Assembly (NCBI GenBank): GCA_026129095.1
Contig: JAHCIT010000008.1
Coordinates: 133,021-197,020, forward strand
DNA: 64,000 nucleotides
Reading direction: 5' to 3'
DNA from: Deltaproteobacteria bacterium
Lineage (GTDB): Bacteria > JAGRBM01 > JAHCIT01
Within the stretch, counting starts at the first letter, position 1, and every line of letters starts with the position of its first letter. Positions 45,913-55,157 of this stretch are shown here, one piece after another. Both the position numbers and the translations under genes were made by a program. The notes under the pieces are model-generated. The model was not told the DNA's origin, searched no databases, and saw only the letters and a list, made by a program, of their open reading frames with translations.

Positions 45913-47825
45913 GCCAGCCCCCTGGACACGCGGTCCAGCACCGAGAGGAACTCCATCGCCTGGGACTTCGTGGAACCTCCCGACAGGTTGAAGACGGGGC
46001 TGTTCAGGACGATGCCGCCGCGCGAGGGCTGCCCGGATCCTTCCCCGCGCCCGGCGGCTCCCCTGCGGGCACCGGCGGCGTCAGGCATGGCGACCTTGAG
46101 TGTCTTCTCGACCTTCATCGAGAGCGCCCCCTCGCCGTCCTCGATGCCGCCGCCGAACGTTTCGGCGAAGCGCATCCCCGACAGGGTGAGGTCCGAGAGG
46201 GGCCCCACCTTCGCGTCCGAGAACGGCAGGTATTCGCGCAGCGCCCCGAACACTTTGCCGGCTGCGTCCTTGAGCCGTCCGGCCGCTCCGAGAAACCCAT
46301 CGATGAACGTGTCGAGTATCTTCGGACCCGCCTCGGCCATCCAGTCGAACAGGAGGCGGAACTCGCCCCGGATCTGCGCCCAGTTTTTCCAGATCACATG
46401 GCCCGCCCAGGCGAGCGCCCCGGCGGCGGCGATGAAGGGAATCAGCGGAGCCATCGCCGCCCAGGCCGCCGCCGCCAGGCCCCAGAGCGGGGCGAGAACG
46501 GACACCAGGCCCGTCTTCGCCACCAGGAGGGCGGCATTCAGGGCGGCCCAGCCGGAAGCCACGGCCGGAATCATGACGCCGAGCGTGCCAAGCGTGAACA
46601 GGATTGATCCCGCGACGAGGAGCAGCCCGCCGAAGGCCAGGGTCGAGAAGACGATGATCTTCGTCAGCGTGGCGTGATCCCGGGCGAAGCCCAGAATCCG
46701 GTTGACGCCGGACGTGAAGATGTCGAGTGCCCTCGTTACCGCCGGGACGAGCTGCTCGCCGATCTCGATGCCGAGCGTCGACACGCTTCCTTTCAGGAAG
46801 GTGAGCGAGCCGGAGAGCGTGTTCCGGTTGTTCTTCGCGAACTGCTCGCCGACGCCATTCGCCTCGATCATGGTCTCGCGCATGCGCCGGACCTCGCCGA
46901 TGCCGGTGTTCATCACCGAGTTGAAGACGCGGAGCCCCTCGCTCCCGCCCATGATCTTCGCCTTGAACACGTCGGCCTGGGCAGCGGGGAACCGCGAGAG
47001 CGCGCCGCTGATGTTCTCGAACACCTGGGTCATGGGGAGCATCTTCCCGGAGGCGTCGCGGGTCTGGATGCCGAGCATGGCGATGAGCTTGCGGGCCTCG
47101 TCGGAGGGGCTCATGAGGGCGTTCAGGGCCGACCTCACGGCCGTTCCGGATTCCATCGCGGAAACCCCCGCGTTCCGGAGCGAGGCCATGACGGCGATGG
47201 TCTCTTCCAGGGACTGGTTCGCCGAATAGGCCGCCGCACCGGCCGCGCCGATGGCGGGGCCCAGTTCGCCGATCTTGAAGGCGCTGATGTTTCCGGACGC
47301 CGCCATCACGTCCACGACATGCGCGGTCTTCGACACGTCGAGCCGGAAGCTGTTGAGAACACCGGAGACGGCAGCGGCGGCCTCGCCGAGCCGGAGGTTG
47401 CCCGCCTCGGCGAGCAGCAGCGTGGGCCGGATCGACCCGAGGATCTGCTGGGTGTTCTGCCCGGCGGACGCCAGCTCCTGCATCGCCTGGACGGCCTCGG
47501 TCGGATCAAACCGGGTGTCCACGCCGAGCTGCTTGGCCTCGCGCTGGAGCTTGACGAATTCCTCGGCCGTCGCGCCGCTGATCGACTTGAGGGTCGCCAG
47601 CTCGCCCTCGAACTTCATGGCGGCGTTCGTCGGCAGCGCGAACGCGCCGACGATGGCGGCGCCCGCGAGCGCCATCCCCTTGCCTACGTTCTGCACGCGG
47701 CGGGAAACCTCGACGAGCCCTTTCGTCTGGTCTTCCATCGCCCTGATCTGCCGGTGCGCCTCGAGCATCGGGCCCGAAAACCTGTTGATGACCTCGAGGA
47801 CGACGCCGAGATGGTATTGTCTCAC
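45909..47825 (-). CDS. Tail tape measure protein (TP901 core type)
   Basis: KFEGELATLKSISGAT...F.PTEAVQAMQELASAG, SGTAVRS; hydrophobic Ala/Gly-rich region; follows tail chaperones. Confidence 0.92.
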   Translation of the reverse strand: MRQYHLGVVLEVINRFSGPMLEAHRQIRAMEDQTKGLVEVSRRVQNVGKGMALAGAAIVGAFALPTNAAMKFEGELATLKSISGATAEEFVKLQREAKQLGVDTRFDPTEAVQAMQELASAGQNTQQILGSIRPTLLLAEAGNLRLGEAAAAVSGVLNSFRLDVSKTAHVVDVMAASGNISAFKIGELGPAIGAAGAAAYSANQSLEETIAVMASLRNAGVSAMESGTAVRSALNALMSPSDEARKLIAMLGIQTRDASGKMLPMTQVFENISGALSRFPAAQADVFKAKIMGGSEGLRVFNSVMNTGIGEVRRMRETMIEANGVGEQFAKNNRNTLSGSLTFLKGSVSTLGIEIGEQLVPAVTRALDIFTSGVNRILGFARDHATLTKIIVFSTLAFGGLLLVAGSILFTLGTLGVMIPAVASGWAALNAALLVAKTGLVSVLAPLWGLAAAAWAAMAPLIPFIAAAGALAWAGHVIWKNWAQIRGEFRLLFDWMAEAGPKILDTFIDGFLGAAGRLKDAAGKVFGALREYLPFSDAKVGPLSDLTLSGMRFAETFGGGIEDGEGALSMKVEKTLKVAMPDAAGARRGAAGRGEGSGQPSRGGIVLNSPVFNLSGGSTKSQAMEFLSVLDRVSRGLA

Positions 47826-47828
47826 GGC

Positions 47829-48364
47829 TCACTCCTCCCCGAACAGCCGGGCGATGGCGTTCGCCCGGATGATGGCGACCTGCTCCTGCACATACAGGGC
47901 CTCGGCCACCCGGTCCCAGAACCGGTCCGGGTTTGATGCTGCGTCGGCTCCGAACGTCCGTCCGAACGTGGCCTCGATCAGGGCGCGGCCCTGGGCGAAT
48001 GGCCGCCGCTCGAGCCGGGCCCGCGCGGCGGTCAGACTTTTTTTCCGGCGAGGTCCCCGTTGAGGCCGGTGAGGTCGAGCAGGGTTCCCGCCACTTTCAG
48101 GAACATGACCGGACTCTTCTTCCGGCACTCGCCGTATTCGGTATGGGAGAGGCACAGGGCCGCCGCGAGATTTTTGGTGGCGAGGCTGGGCTTCTTCGCC
48201 GCCTCGTCCATGAACCTCTCGACGTCCGCCTCCTGCGGGACGCGGAACCACAGGTTCACGCCATCGACGGGGATCAGGATCACCTGCCCGTCGCGCTTGT
48301 GGTGCTCCAGGACATGGGGCGGCGCGGATTTAAGGGCCTCGCCGGTGCTGGTTTCTTCACTCAT
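47829..48364 (-). CDS. Tail assembly chaperone GT (extended form via -1 frameshift at 48038-48044)
   Basis: -1 frame after GGA AAA AAA stays open to TGA 47829 (...SLTAARARLERRPF...ARLFGEE), ending just before tape measure start. Confidence 0.72.
48032..48364 (-). CDS. Tail assembly chaperone G
   Basis: GGAGG RBS; between tail tube and tape measure; ends at A7 slippery site. Confidence 0.8.
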   Translation of the reverse strand: MSEETSTGEALKSAPPHVLEHHKRDGQVILIPVDGVNLWFRVPQEADVERFMDEAAKKPSLATKNLAAALCLSHTEYGECRKKSPVMFLKVAGTLLDLTGLNGDLAGKKV

Positions 48365-48398
48365 GATCGCCTCCGTGGGACTGGATCAGGGCCGCCGG

Positions 48399-48845
48399 TC
48401 AGATGACCGGGAGCGGGTTGGGACTGGGCACCGCCCAGTCGATCTTCGTGCAGAGGAAGTCGAGCTTCACCGTGGTGTTGGTGCTCTCTCGTGATGCGCC
48501 CTCCAGCGCGTGCTTCTTGATCCGCACGTTGTAGAGAAGATCCGTGAATCCGACCTCGCCGCTGTTGCCGAAGTGGACGATCACCGGGAACGGAGGCAGT
48601 TCGTCCGCGTAGGCCTTCAGCATGCCGCGCACGTAGAGCATCAGCTGGTTGAACCCTTCGCGGTTCATCGCGAGGTCTCCCGAGTGGGTCCGGGGTCCCA
48701 GTCCGATGCCGGGTTCCGCGTCCTTTCCATGGTGGTGGTTCATCACGCGTTCGGTCGCGTAGTTGATCCCCGTGCAGTGAACCTCGATGTTTTTCGGGAG
48801 CAGGATCTTGATCGTCTCCCAGTCATAGGTGCGTCCGTTGATCAT
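48399..48845 (-). CDS. Tail tube protein
   Basis: 148 aa directly after sheath; INGRTYDWETI N-terminus typical of tube proteins paired with this sheath type. Confidence 0.78.
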   Translation of the reverse strand: MINGRTYDWETIKILLPKNIEVHCTGINYATERVMNHHHGKDAEPGIGLGPRTHSGDLAMNREGFNQLMLYVRGMLKAYADELPPFPVIVHFGNSGEVGFTDLLYNVRIKKHALEGASRESTNTTVKLDFLCTKIDWAVPSPNPLPVI

Positions 48846-48873
48846 GCCGGTTCTCCTCGGGTTTGCGCCGTCT

Positions 48874-50313
48874 TCATCGCGTGACCAGTTGGCTCGTTAC
48901 GCCGATCTGGATCTCGATGTCCTCGATGTGGTCCACCGGCTGCGCCTTCACGACGACGATGGCCTTGCCGTCGGCGGCGAGATTCGTCGTGGGGGCGATC
49001 TCGACACTGACCGCGACGAGCTCGGACGGCGTCCGGTTCACCATCCCGTTCACGATGGCGTTCTTCACGTTGGCCACGAGCAGCCCGAGTCCGGCGCCGT
49101 CACCCTCGAGCGGAGACGAATCGTCCCCGAAACTGAACGTCGCGGCGAACAGCGCCAGCCGGACCAGCTTGTCGAGCGCCCGCACCGTGGGCAGCGACTG
49201 GTAGGGGCTGCCGTCCTCGGCGAGCGTCCGCGCATGGCTCCAGTACCACGACCGGTGGCCATTGTGGCGGCGGACGGTGTTGATCCGGGCGTCGTGCAGG
49301 AACAGCGCATGCGTGTTCGTGAACGCCTTGTCGACGCGCACGATGGCGGCGGCCTTGCCGTCGAGCACCCGGCTCATCTGCCGGTTGACGGTGACGGCCT
49401 GGATGCGCGATCCGAAGACGCCGAGCGGGCTGGCGTGCTCGGTGCGGCCCTGTCGGCTCACTTCGACCGGTCCGGCGACGACGGCCACGCGGTCGGTGGC
49501 GAAGCTGTTCGCCTCGTTCCGGGACGCGCTCACCCAGGAGTCCATGTCCTCTTCTTCGTCCTCGTAGTCCCGGCCCGCCAGTTCGCAGACGAAAAAGCAG
49601 GGCTTTCCGGAGACAGCCCGGTCGAAGGACCACTGTTCGTAGGCCGCCCAGTCGGCCGCCGACGACGGACCGGCCACGGCGACGAATTCGAAGTCGAGAT
49701 CGGGGTTGGCCTCGATGGCGGCGTCGAGCGCCTCCACGATGTCGGCGGCGCTGGCCGCCGGGCCCTTGACCGTGGCGGTCCAGGTGTCCCCCGCGAGGAA
49801 GCTCGGGTCTACTGACTCGTGGTTCGTGAAGGTGATCGTCACGCCGGTGTCCGCGATCTCAATGGCGCCGTCCGACGGGATGAGCGCCGACGGCAGGAAC
49901 GTGTCGCCGCCGTCGAAGGAGATTTTCACCATCGCGGTGCCGCGCTGGCCCGCCTTCGTGATGACGGCCACGAGCTCGAAATCTTCCGCGGGGTCTCCGG
50001 AGAGCGCGGCCGTTCCGCCGCTGGTTCCGGTTATCGACAGCGCGCCCAGCACTCCGGGAATGCTCGGATCGGCCTTGACGCCGATGGCCGGTTTGCGGGC
50101 GTTCAGTTCCACGTAGTGGTCGATGGCGAGGTCGGCGAGCGATCCGCGTCCCAGCACCGACCGGAGATTCACGTCACGGCCGAGGAAAAAAACCCGGCCC
50201 GCGTCGCCGTCCTTCGAGGTGACTCCGGCGAGCAGCGCGCGGCCGGAGACATCCTCCGGAAGCCGGTTCAGTTCACCTGCGGTCCTCGTCGCGTTGATTC
50301 CGCCGAAGGGCAT
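48874..50313 (-). CDS. Tail sheath protein (DUF2586-like)
   Basis: 479 aa; SFDGG.TF, FLAGDTW, VRALDKLVR, C-terminal IEDIEIQIG. Confidence 0.82.
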   Translation of the reverse strand: MPFGGINATRTAGELNRLPEDVSGRALLAGVTSKDGDAGRVFFLGRDVNLRSVLGRGSLADLAIDHYVELNARKPAIGVKADPSIPGVLGALSITGTSGGTAALSGDPAEDFELVAVITKAGQRGTAMVKISFDGGDTFLPSALIPSDGAIEIADTGVTITFTNHESVDPSFLAGDTWTATVKGPAASAADIVEALDAAIEANPDLDFEFVAVAGPSSAADWAAYEQWSFDRAVSGKPCFFVCELAGRDYEDEEEDMDSWVSASRNEANSFATDRVAVVAGPVEVSRQGRTEHASPLGVFGSRIQAVTVNRQMSRVLDGKAAAIVRVDKAFTNTHALFLHDARINTVRRHNGHRSWYWSHARTLAEDGSPYQSLPTVRALDKLVRLALFAATFSFGDDSSPLEGDGAGLGLLVANVKNAIVNGMVNRTPSELVAVSVEIAPTTNLAADGKAIVVVKAQPVDHIEDIEIQIGVTSQLVTR

Positions 50314-50315
50314 GA

Positions 50316-50690
50316 TCAGTTACCGCCTTTCAGGTCTTCCGGATTCCTGCTGTCCGGCTCGTCGCGGCGCTGCCGTTTCCCGGAAGGTGCCGGGCGATGT
50401 GCCGGGGTTTCCGGAAACAGTGCCCGGAACGGGCGCGAGTCGCCGGTGGCCCGCTTCGAGCAGAACGCATCGAGTACGCTGCGGAACTCGTCCGCACTGA
50501 CCTCGATGCTGTTGGAGCGGTCGCCCGCGCCGGACTTCCACCCGGCAAATATCTTCATGCCGGCGAACACCGCCGGGCTGACATTGAGGTCGCGGGCATA
50601 AGCAGCCGGTGTGCCGGGGCGGATCTCGCCCTCCCCGGAAGCGAAAGATCGGCCGCCGGCCTTCAGCAGGGTGATTTCAGTCTTCGACAT
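50316..50690 (-). CDS. Phage hypothetical protein
   Basis: In operon between neck genes and sheath; AVFAGMK...W...VSADEF motif. Confidence 0.6.
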   Translation of the reverse strand: MSKTEITLLKAGGRSFASGEGEIRPGTPAAYARDLNVSPAVFAGMKIFAGWKSGAGDRSNSIEVSADEFRSVLDAFCSKRATGDSRPFRALFPETPAHRPAPSGKRQRRDEPDSRNPEDLKGGN

Positions 50691-51276
50691 CGGGATCTCC
50701 TTCGGGCTCTTCGGCCGGGGGAACCGGCGGGAACGTCTTCGTCACGTCGCCGGCCCGGACCTCCATCTGGACGGACGCCACCACAGGGACTTCCGATTCC
50801 GTGCAGCGGGGCCCCTCGAACTCGACGTCGAACAGCGCGATGCCGGGATGTCCCAGGCGGTCAAGCCGCTCGTCCAGCCGGATGTCACCGGCGGTCACCC
50901 GGCACTCGCAGTCCTGCGCGTCGGCGAACCGGCGCGGCAGCGCAAGGGCCAGGGCCTCGGCGAATTCGACCGAATGCTTCGGCTGCCCGACATGCACCCG
51001 CACCGTGTAGCCCAGTGCCGCCCGGTACCGTTCCCGCAGTTCGCGGACCACCGGCACCGGTGGTTCGCCGCCCTCCGGCGTTTCCGGCTCGTGGAGGACC
51101 TTCGCCATCGGCTGGCCGCTGAACGAGTTTCCGAATGTGTCCGCATCGGCATGGCAGAGGCCGGAGTATTGCAGCAGATCTTCGATGAGCTGTGTGCGGG
51201 CGCACTTCCAGTTTTTCGCCGTGGCGACGGCGAGGATGGCGGCGTCGAGCTGGGCCAGGCATTCGGCGCTGTTCAT
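50677..51276 (-). CDS. Phage neck/tail-completion protein (putative)
   Basis: Overlaps neighbours on both sides; position of tail terminator. Confidence 0.55.
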   Translation of the reverse strand: MNSAECLAQLDAAILAVATAKNWKCARTQLIEDLLQYSGLCHADADTFGNSFSGQPMAKVLHEPETPEGGEPPVPVVRELRERYRAALGYTVRVHVGQPKHSVEFAEALALALPRRFADAQDCECRVTAGDIRLDERLDRLGHPGIALFDVEFEGPRCTESEVPVVASVQMEVRAGDVTKTFPPVPPAEEPEGDPDVED

Positions 51277-51740
51277 AGCGACACGATCCTTTCCAGCTCT
51301 TCCTCGATCTCGCCGAGACAGAGGGCGGCGAGATCATCGTCGAACCCGATCATCGGGCGCTCGGGAATTTTCGAGCGGGACGGCCCGTTCCCGCCGGCGT
51401 CCTGGTGGAACTTCGCCTTCGGGTCGTTCGTGCCGACTTCCAGAACGCCGGACGAACCCATGACCGTCACCTGCCCGGTGAAGGACCGGGCCAGCGTGCT
51501 CGTGTCGCGGAGAATCTTCGGCGATCCCGATCCCTTCCCCTTCGTCCGGTTCAGGAGCGTGGCGACCGCGAGCGGGTCCCACTTCTCCCCACCGGGGGCT
51601 TCCTCGTCTTCGAAGTTCCGGGACACGTCGTTCAGGATGTGCTCGCGGCAGCGCTTCAGCATCCGCGTGGGGTTCGCCGCGGCAGCGGCCATCCGCTGGA
51701 GCGCGGTGGACAGTTCTGTGAAGCCGGTGACGGCGGTCAT
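51273..51740 (-). CDS. Phage virion morphogenesis protein (Mu gpG / P2 gpS-like)
   Basis: NFEDEEAPGGEKWDPL, KILRDT, VGTN..KAKFHQ, IPERPMIG. Confidence 0.88.
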   Translation of the reverse strand: MTAVTGFTELSTALQRMAAAAANPTRMLKRCREHILNDVSRNFEDEEAPGGEKWDPLAVATLLNRTKGKGSGSPKILRDTSTLARSFTGQVTVMGSSGVLEVGTNDPKAKFHQDAGGNGPSRSKIPERPMIGFDDDLAALCLGEIEEELERIVSL

Positions 51741-52189
51741 GACGTGAACGCCTCCCGGCGGCGGCCATCGTAGGTTTCCGTCGCGGCGGTCTGCTTCACG
51801 ATCCTCGCCGACGTGACGCGTGGAGCGTCCGTGTCGCCGAGCGGCAGCCGCTTCGCGCTGATCTGCTGGAGTTCCTTCAGCGCCCGCTCGAAGTCATGCC
51901 TGACATCCTCGTGGCGGGAGACTTCGTTCTTTCGCGAGAACAGCTTGAACCGGGCGACGGCGAGCGCGAGTTCGCGGGCGCGGACCAGGGCCGGTCCCGT
52001 GAGCGGAAGAACCATGGCCGGTTCCAGATAGGAATCGACGAGCGCTTCGGCCTCGGAGATGACAGCCGAGATCACCAGCCCGTCGGCGGCGGCGTCCAGC
52101 GGCAGCGGCACCGCGTCCACCGTCAGGTGGATGAGCATGTCCGCCGAGATCGACCGGGCGACATCCTGGCTCGTAACGTAGGCACCCAC
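51737..52189 (-). CDS. Mu gp36-like head-tail connector (DUF1320-like)
   Basis: YVTSQDV...LIHLT...ISEAEALVDSYL...LPL...ARFKLF...ALKEL. Confidence 0.85.
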   Translation of the reverse strand: MGAYVTSQDVARSISADMLIHLTVDAVPLPLDAAADGLVISAVISEAEALVDSYLEPAMVLPLTGPALVRARELALAVARFKLFSRKNEVSRHEDVRHDFERALKELQQISAKRLPLGDTDAPRVTSARIVKQTAATETYDGRRREAFTS

Positions 52190-52329
52190 GTTCTGCCTCT
52201 TTCCTTCCGGGAGGCTGGCTCGTCAGGCCGGGGGCGCCTCTCTCTCCCCGGCGACGGAAGGCGGAGGCTCCTTCCGTTTCGCCCGTTTTCCCATCGGCGG
52301 ACTTCGGGTCCGCTTCAGGATGCGAATCT

Positions 52330-53286
52330 CTACAGCGCGTCGGTCCAGAGGAAGCCGGCTTTCGCCAGCGCCACGTAGTGCGCGTAGAAATCATTGACCT
52401 GGACGACCCGGCCCTTGCCGTTGGCCGTGTCGTAAGTGCGGACCCGCTGGAACTGCGGATCGTTCAGCCGGAGGGTCCAGCCGAACGTCGGCGCTTCCTT
52501 TTCGTTGACCGGGTTCCGGTAGTAGAGCAGCACGAAGTCGCTCCAGACATCCGTGATCGTGCCGCCGTCCCTGGTCATCGTCGCGGCGGAGCCGAGAACG
52601 ATCTGGAGGCCGGGGATGCCGAAATAGGTCACGAGGTCGTCCGCCGTCGGGAGGCTGCCCTTCTGGTAGGCGAACGCGGCGCGGACCTTCGGGTGCGTCC
52701 GGAGCCGGTTGAATACCGGCACCGGGAGCATCAGCCGGTTCGGCTGCTGGCCGCCCGTGCCGCGCCGGATCGCCTCGGCGGCGGCGAGGATCGCCACCTG
52801 CGGATCGGAACTGTCGTGCGACCATTTGGCGGTGCTGGTCAGCGTGTCCTTATTGTCGGCGGGGTAGATGCCCGCGTTCGTGACCATGCCAGCGCACAGC
52901 ACTTCCTTGCGAAGCTCGATGCGGTGCTGCAGGACTTTCGTCTTGCGCGACTCGATGTCCACCTCGCCGCCGGGGCGGGTCTTCGCCGCCCGGATTTCCC
53001 GTACGTCGATCAGCTCCTCGAGCGAATGTTCCCGGAGCGTCACGTCGCCGAAACTCGAGTCGCTGGTGACGATCCGCTTCGGGTCGTTCCGGGGCGAACG
53101 CTCGTCGTTCACGACCACGAAGGCGTCATGGCCGAACGACTCGATCTGCACGGTCTCGACCGGAACGATCAGTTCCGGAAGGATTTCGCCGTAGATCAGG
53201 CTCTGCGCCCGGTAGCCGAGGGAGACCTCGTTCAGGACCGGGTGAAGCCCGGCGGCGAGGTTGTCCAGGTTCTTTTCAGCAGGCAT
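52330..53286 (-). CDS. Major capsid protein
   Basis: 318 aa after protease/cement genes; HPVLNEVSLGY, PNRLML...LRTHPKV, PTFGWT, AGFLWTDA. Confidence 0.85.
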   Translation of the reverse strand: MPAEKNLDNLAAGLHPVLNEVSLGYRAQSLIYGEILPELIVPVETVQIESFGHDAFVVVNDERSPRNDPKRIVTSDSSFGDVTLREHSLEELIDVREIRAAKTRPGGEVDIESRKTKVLQHRIELRKEVLCAGMVTNAGIYPADNKDTLTSTAKWSHDSSDPQVAILAAAEAIRRGTGGQQPNRLMLPVPVFNRLRTHPKVRAAFAYQKGSLPTADDLVTYFGIPGLQIVLGSAATMTRDGGTITDVWSDFVLLYYRNPVNEKEAPTFGWTLRLNDPQFQRVRTYDTANGKGRVVQVNDFYAHYVALAKAGFLWTDAL

Positions 53287-53325
53287 CGTTCGTCACCTTT
53301 CCTTCGTCGTTTCTTCCCGTCCGGA

Positions 53326-54021
53326 TCAGAGCGCGATCAGCGCCGTGATTTTGAAGTCGGAGTTTGAGACCGTTCCGCCCTTGGTGACGACGGCGTCCAG
53401 CCGTCCGCCGCCGGCAGCCCGGCTCGCCATGATCATGGCGGCGGCAACGTCGGCGGTGAGGGCTCCGTCGCCGTCAGTGGTACGGGTATCGAAGTCCGCG
53501 AGAACGGTGGAGCCGTTCTTCAGCTCGATAACCAGATAGTCGGTATCCGACTGCGTACGGCCGTCGGCGGACTCCACATAGGCACCGACCAGCTCGGCAT
53601 TCGCCGGCAGATACGGTCCTTTCTTGGTCGTGTTGGCCGTGACCGTTCCGAGGTTCAGGTGTACGATCGTGACAGTCTTCCGATGCTGGACGAGCAGCAC
53701 CGGGATCGTGTCACCCGCCGAACCGGCGGCGAGTGCGATGGCTGCCGTGCCGGACGGCCCGCACTTCACGGCCTTGCCGCTGGCGCCAGGCCCGAGGTTC
53801 TGCCCGCCGAGGACCGCCTCGGCGAGTTCCACGACCGCCGTGCCGATGACGATGGAGGCGAACGTGTCGCCGGAGTTGTAGCGCCGCTCGGTGACGCCCT
53901 TCGCGGGATTCGTGGCTGTCGCGTAGTTCCCGTCGGCTCCGACGAAGCGGTGGGCCTCGAGGGCGGCGGCGGCAGTGATGTCCTCGCGGAGAAGGGGCTG
54001 GTGGGTTGCGTCCATTACCAT
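53326..54021 (-). CDS. Capsid cement/decoration protein (DUF2190-like) with extra C-terminal domain
   Basis: TAAAALEAHRFVG...GTAVVE...GKAV...ALAAGSAGDTIPVLL, then ~120 extra residues. Confidence 0.72.
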   Translation of the reverse strand: MVMDATHQPLLREDITAAAALEAHRFVGADGNYATATNPAKGVTERRYNSGDTFASIVIGTAVVELAEAVLGGQNLGPGASGKAVKCGPSGTAAIALAAGSAGDTIPVLLVQHRKTVTIVHLNLGTVTANTTKKGPYLPANAELVGAYVESADGRTQSDTDYLVIELKNGSTVLADFDTRTTDGDGALTADVAAAMIMASRAAGGGRLDAVVTKGGTVSNSDFKITALIAL

Positions 54022-54025
54022 CGGA

Positions 54026-55144
54026 TCAGTCCTCGCTGTTGTCTTCTTCGGTTTCGGCCGCCTGCAGCTGGCTCATGGCCAGGGACAGGGCGTCGCCGTA
54101 TGAAATCTTCGGGTCTTCCTTGCGGATCTTCGAGACCGCCTTGTGGAGCTTCTGCTCCGTCGACAGGTCGGCACCGTCCTTGCCCTTGCCGGCCTTGTCG
54201 CCCGGATCGGAATCCTTCGTGGCGACCTCTTTCGACAGGTCGGCATTGGGCTTTTTCCCCTGCCCGAGCACATCGCGGAGGAACGACTTGAAGGCGCTGC
54301 GGCGCGGGAGGGTTTCCTTCGCGCCGTCGCCCTTTGCCAGCTCGACGGTGTCGGTGTCGGCGAGACCGGCGAGCAGCTCAGTCAGAAGCGGGGAGAACTT
54401 CGGAAGGATCTTCCCCTCCCTGACGAGAGATTCGGAGAAATCCTTTGCGTCGGCGCGGGCGCGGACCTCGGCTTCCTTCGCCAGACGGTCGGCGGTTTCC
54501 TTCTCCTTCCTGCGGAGATCGGCCAGCTCGTCATCCTTGGCCTTCAGCGTCTTCGCGAACTCGGCAGAGGCAGCTGCCGTCGCGTCCTGGATCAGTTTCT
54601 GCTTTTCGGCTTCCGTCATCTCGGGCTCCTGCATCTGGTCTTCGGCGCTATCGCCCCCGAACTCGAAGTCGAAGGCCGTGCCGCTTGGACCATCGTAGGA
54701 AGCGCCGGTTCCGGTTTGCGGGACCGCGAACTCCGGGTCGCCGTCCGCCATGCCGGGAACGGCGGGGAGCACCGCACCGAGGTAGCCGACGTGCGCGAGG
54801 AACCAGCCCTTCGCGTCCTTCAGTACCCGCACCGACTTCTTCCGGAACTTCCCTTCGCGGAACCACCGGGCGAACCGCGAATCGACATCGCGGAACTTCG
54901 CCAGCAGCCGTCCGCCCGATACCTTGAGCCGGTCCACCCAGCCATAAGCAGGGTGATTGTCCTTGGGGTGCCCCAGCACGATGGGCGCTTCGTACCATTC
55001 CGGGCCGTGACGCTCGGCGATGGTCTTCAGGTCCGCTTCCGTGAACGTGACCTTCGTTCCGTGGGCGTCCACGAACGTCCCGGTCTTCAGGATCTCGATC
55101 CACTGGTCTCCGAGCGAGCTTTCGTTGGCGGATTTTTCGGGCAT
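54026..55144 (-). CDS. Mu-like prohead protease / scaffold protein (gpI/Z-like)
   Basis: WIEILKTG, APIVLGHP...PAYGWV, FRKKSV, LAHVGYLGAVLPAVPGM; charged helical C-terminal half ending ISYGDAL. Confidence 0.88.
   Translation of the reverse strand: MPEKSANESSLGDQWIEILKTGTFVDAHGTKVTFTEADLKTIAERHGPEWYEAPIVLGHPKDNHPAYGWVDRLKVSGGRLLAKFRDVDSRFARWFREGKFRKKSVRVLKDAKGWFLAHVGYLGAVLPAVPGMADGDPEFAVPQTGTGASYDGPSGTAFDFEFGGDSAEDQMQEPEMTEAEKQKLIQDATAAASAEFAKTLKAKDDELADLRRKEKETADRLAKEAEVRARADAKDFSESLVREGKILPKFSPLLTELLAGLADTDTVELAKGDGAKETLPRRSAFKSFLRDVLGQGKKPNADLSKEVATKDSDPGDKAGKGKDGADLSTEQKLHKAVSKIRKEDPKISYGDALSLAMSQLQAAETEEDNSED
54692..54724 (-). promoter_or_regulatory. Candidate phage late promoter, copy 2 (19-bp motif plus -10 TACGAT), inside protease gene
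   Basis: Minus strand GTCCCGCAAACCGGAACCG-N8-TACGAT, ~70 nt upstream of in-frame AGGAG-N6-ATG (54619). Confidence 0.68.
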
Positions 55145-55157
55145 GGGCGTCTCCTCG

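Noticed and set aside
50088-50099. Partial match (CCGGTTTGCGGG) to the 19-bp late promoter motif in the sheath gene
   Set aside because: Only 12 contiguous bases match and there is no TAnnnT at the 8-bp spacing.
52223-52294. 23-aa ORF (MGKRAKRKEPPP...) between capsid and gp36-like genes, or a capsid read-through
   Set aside because: No clear RBS, very short, and the read-through frame stops after four codons.
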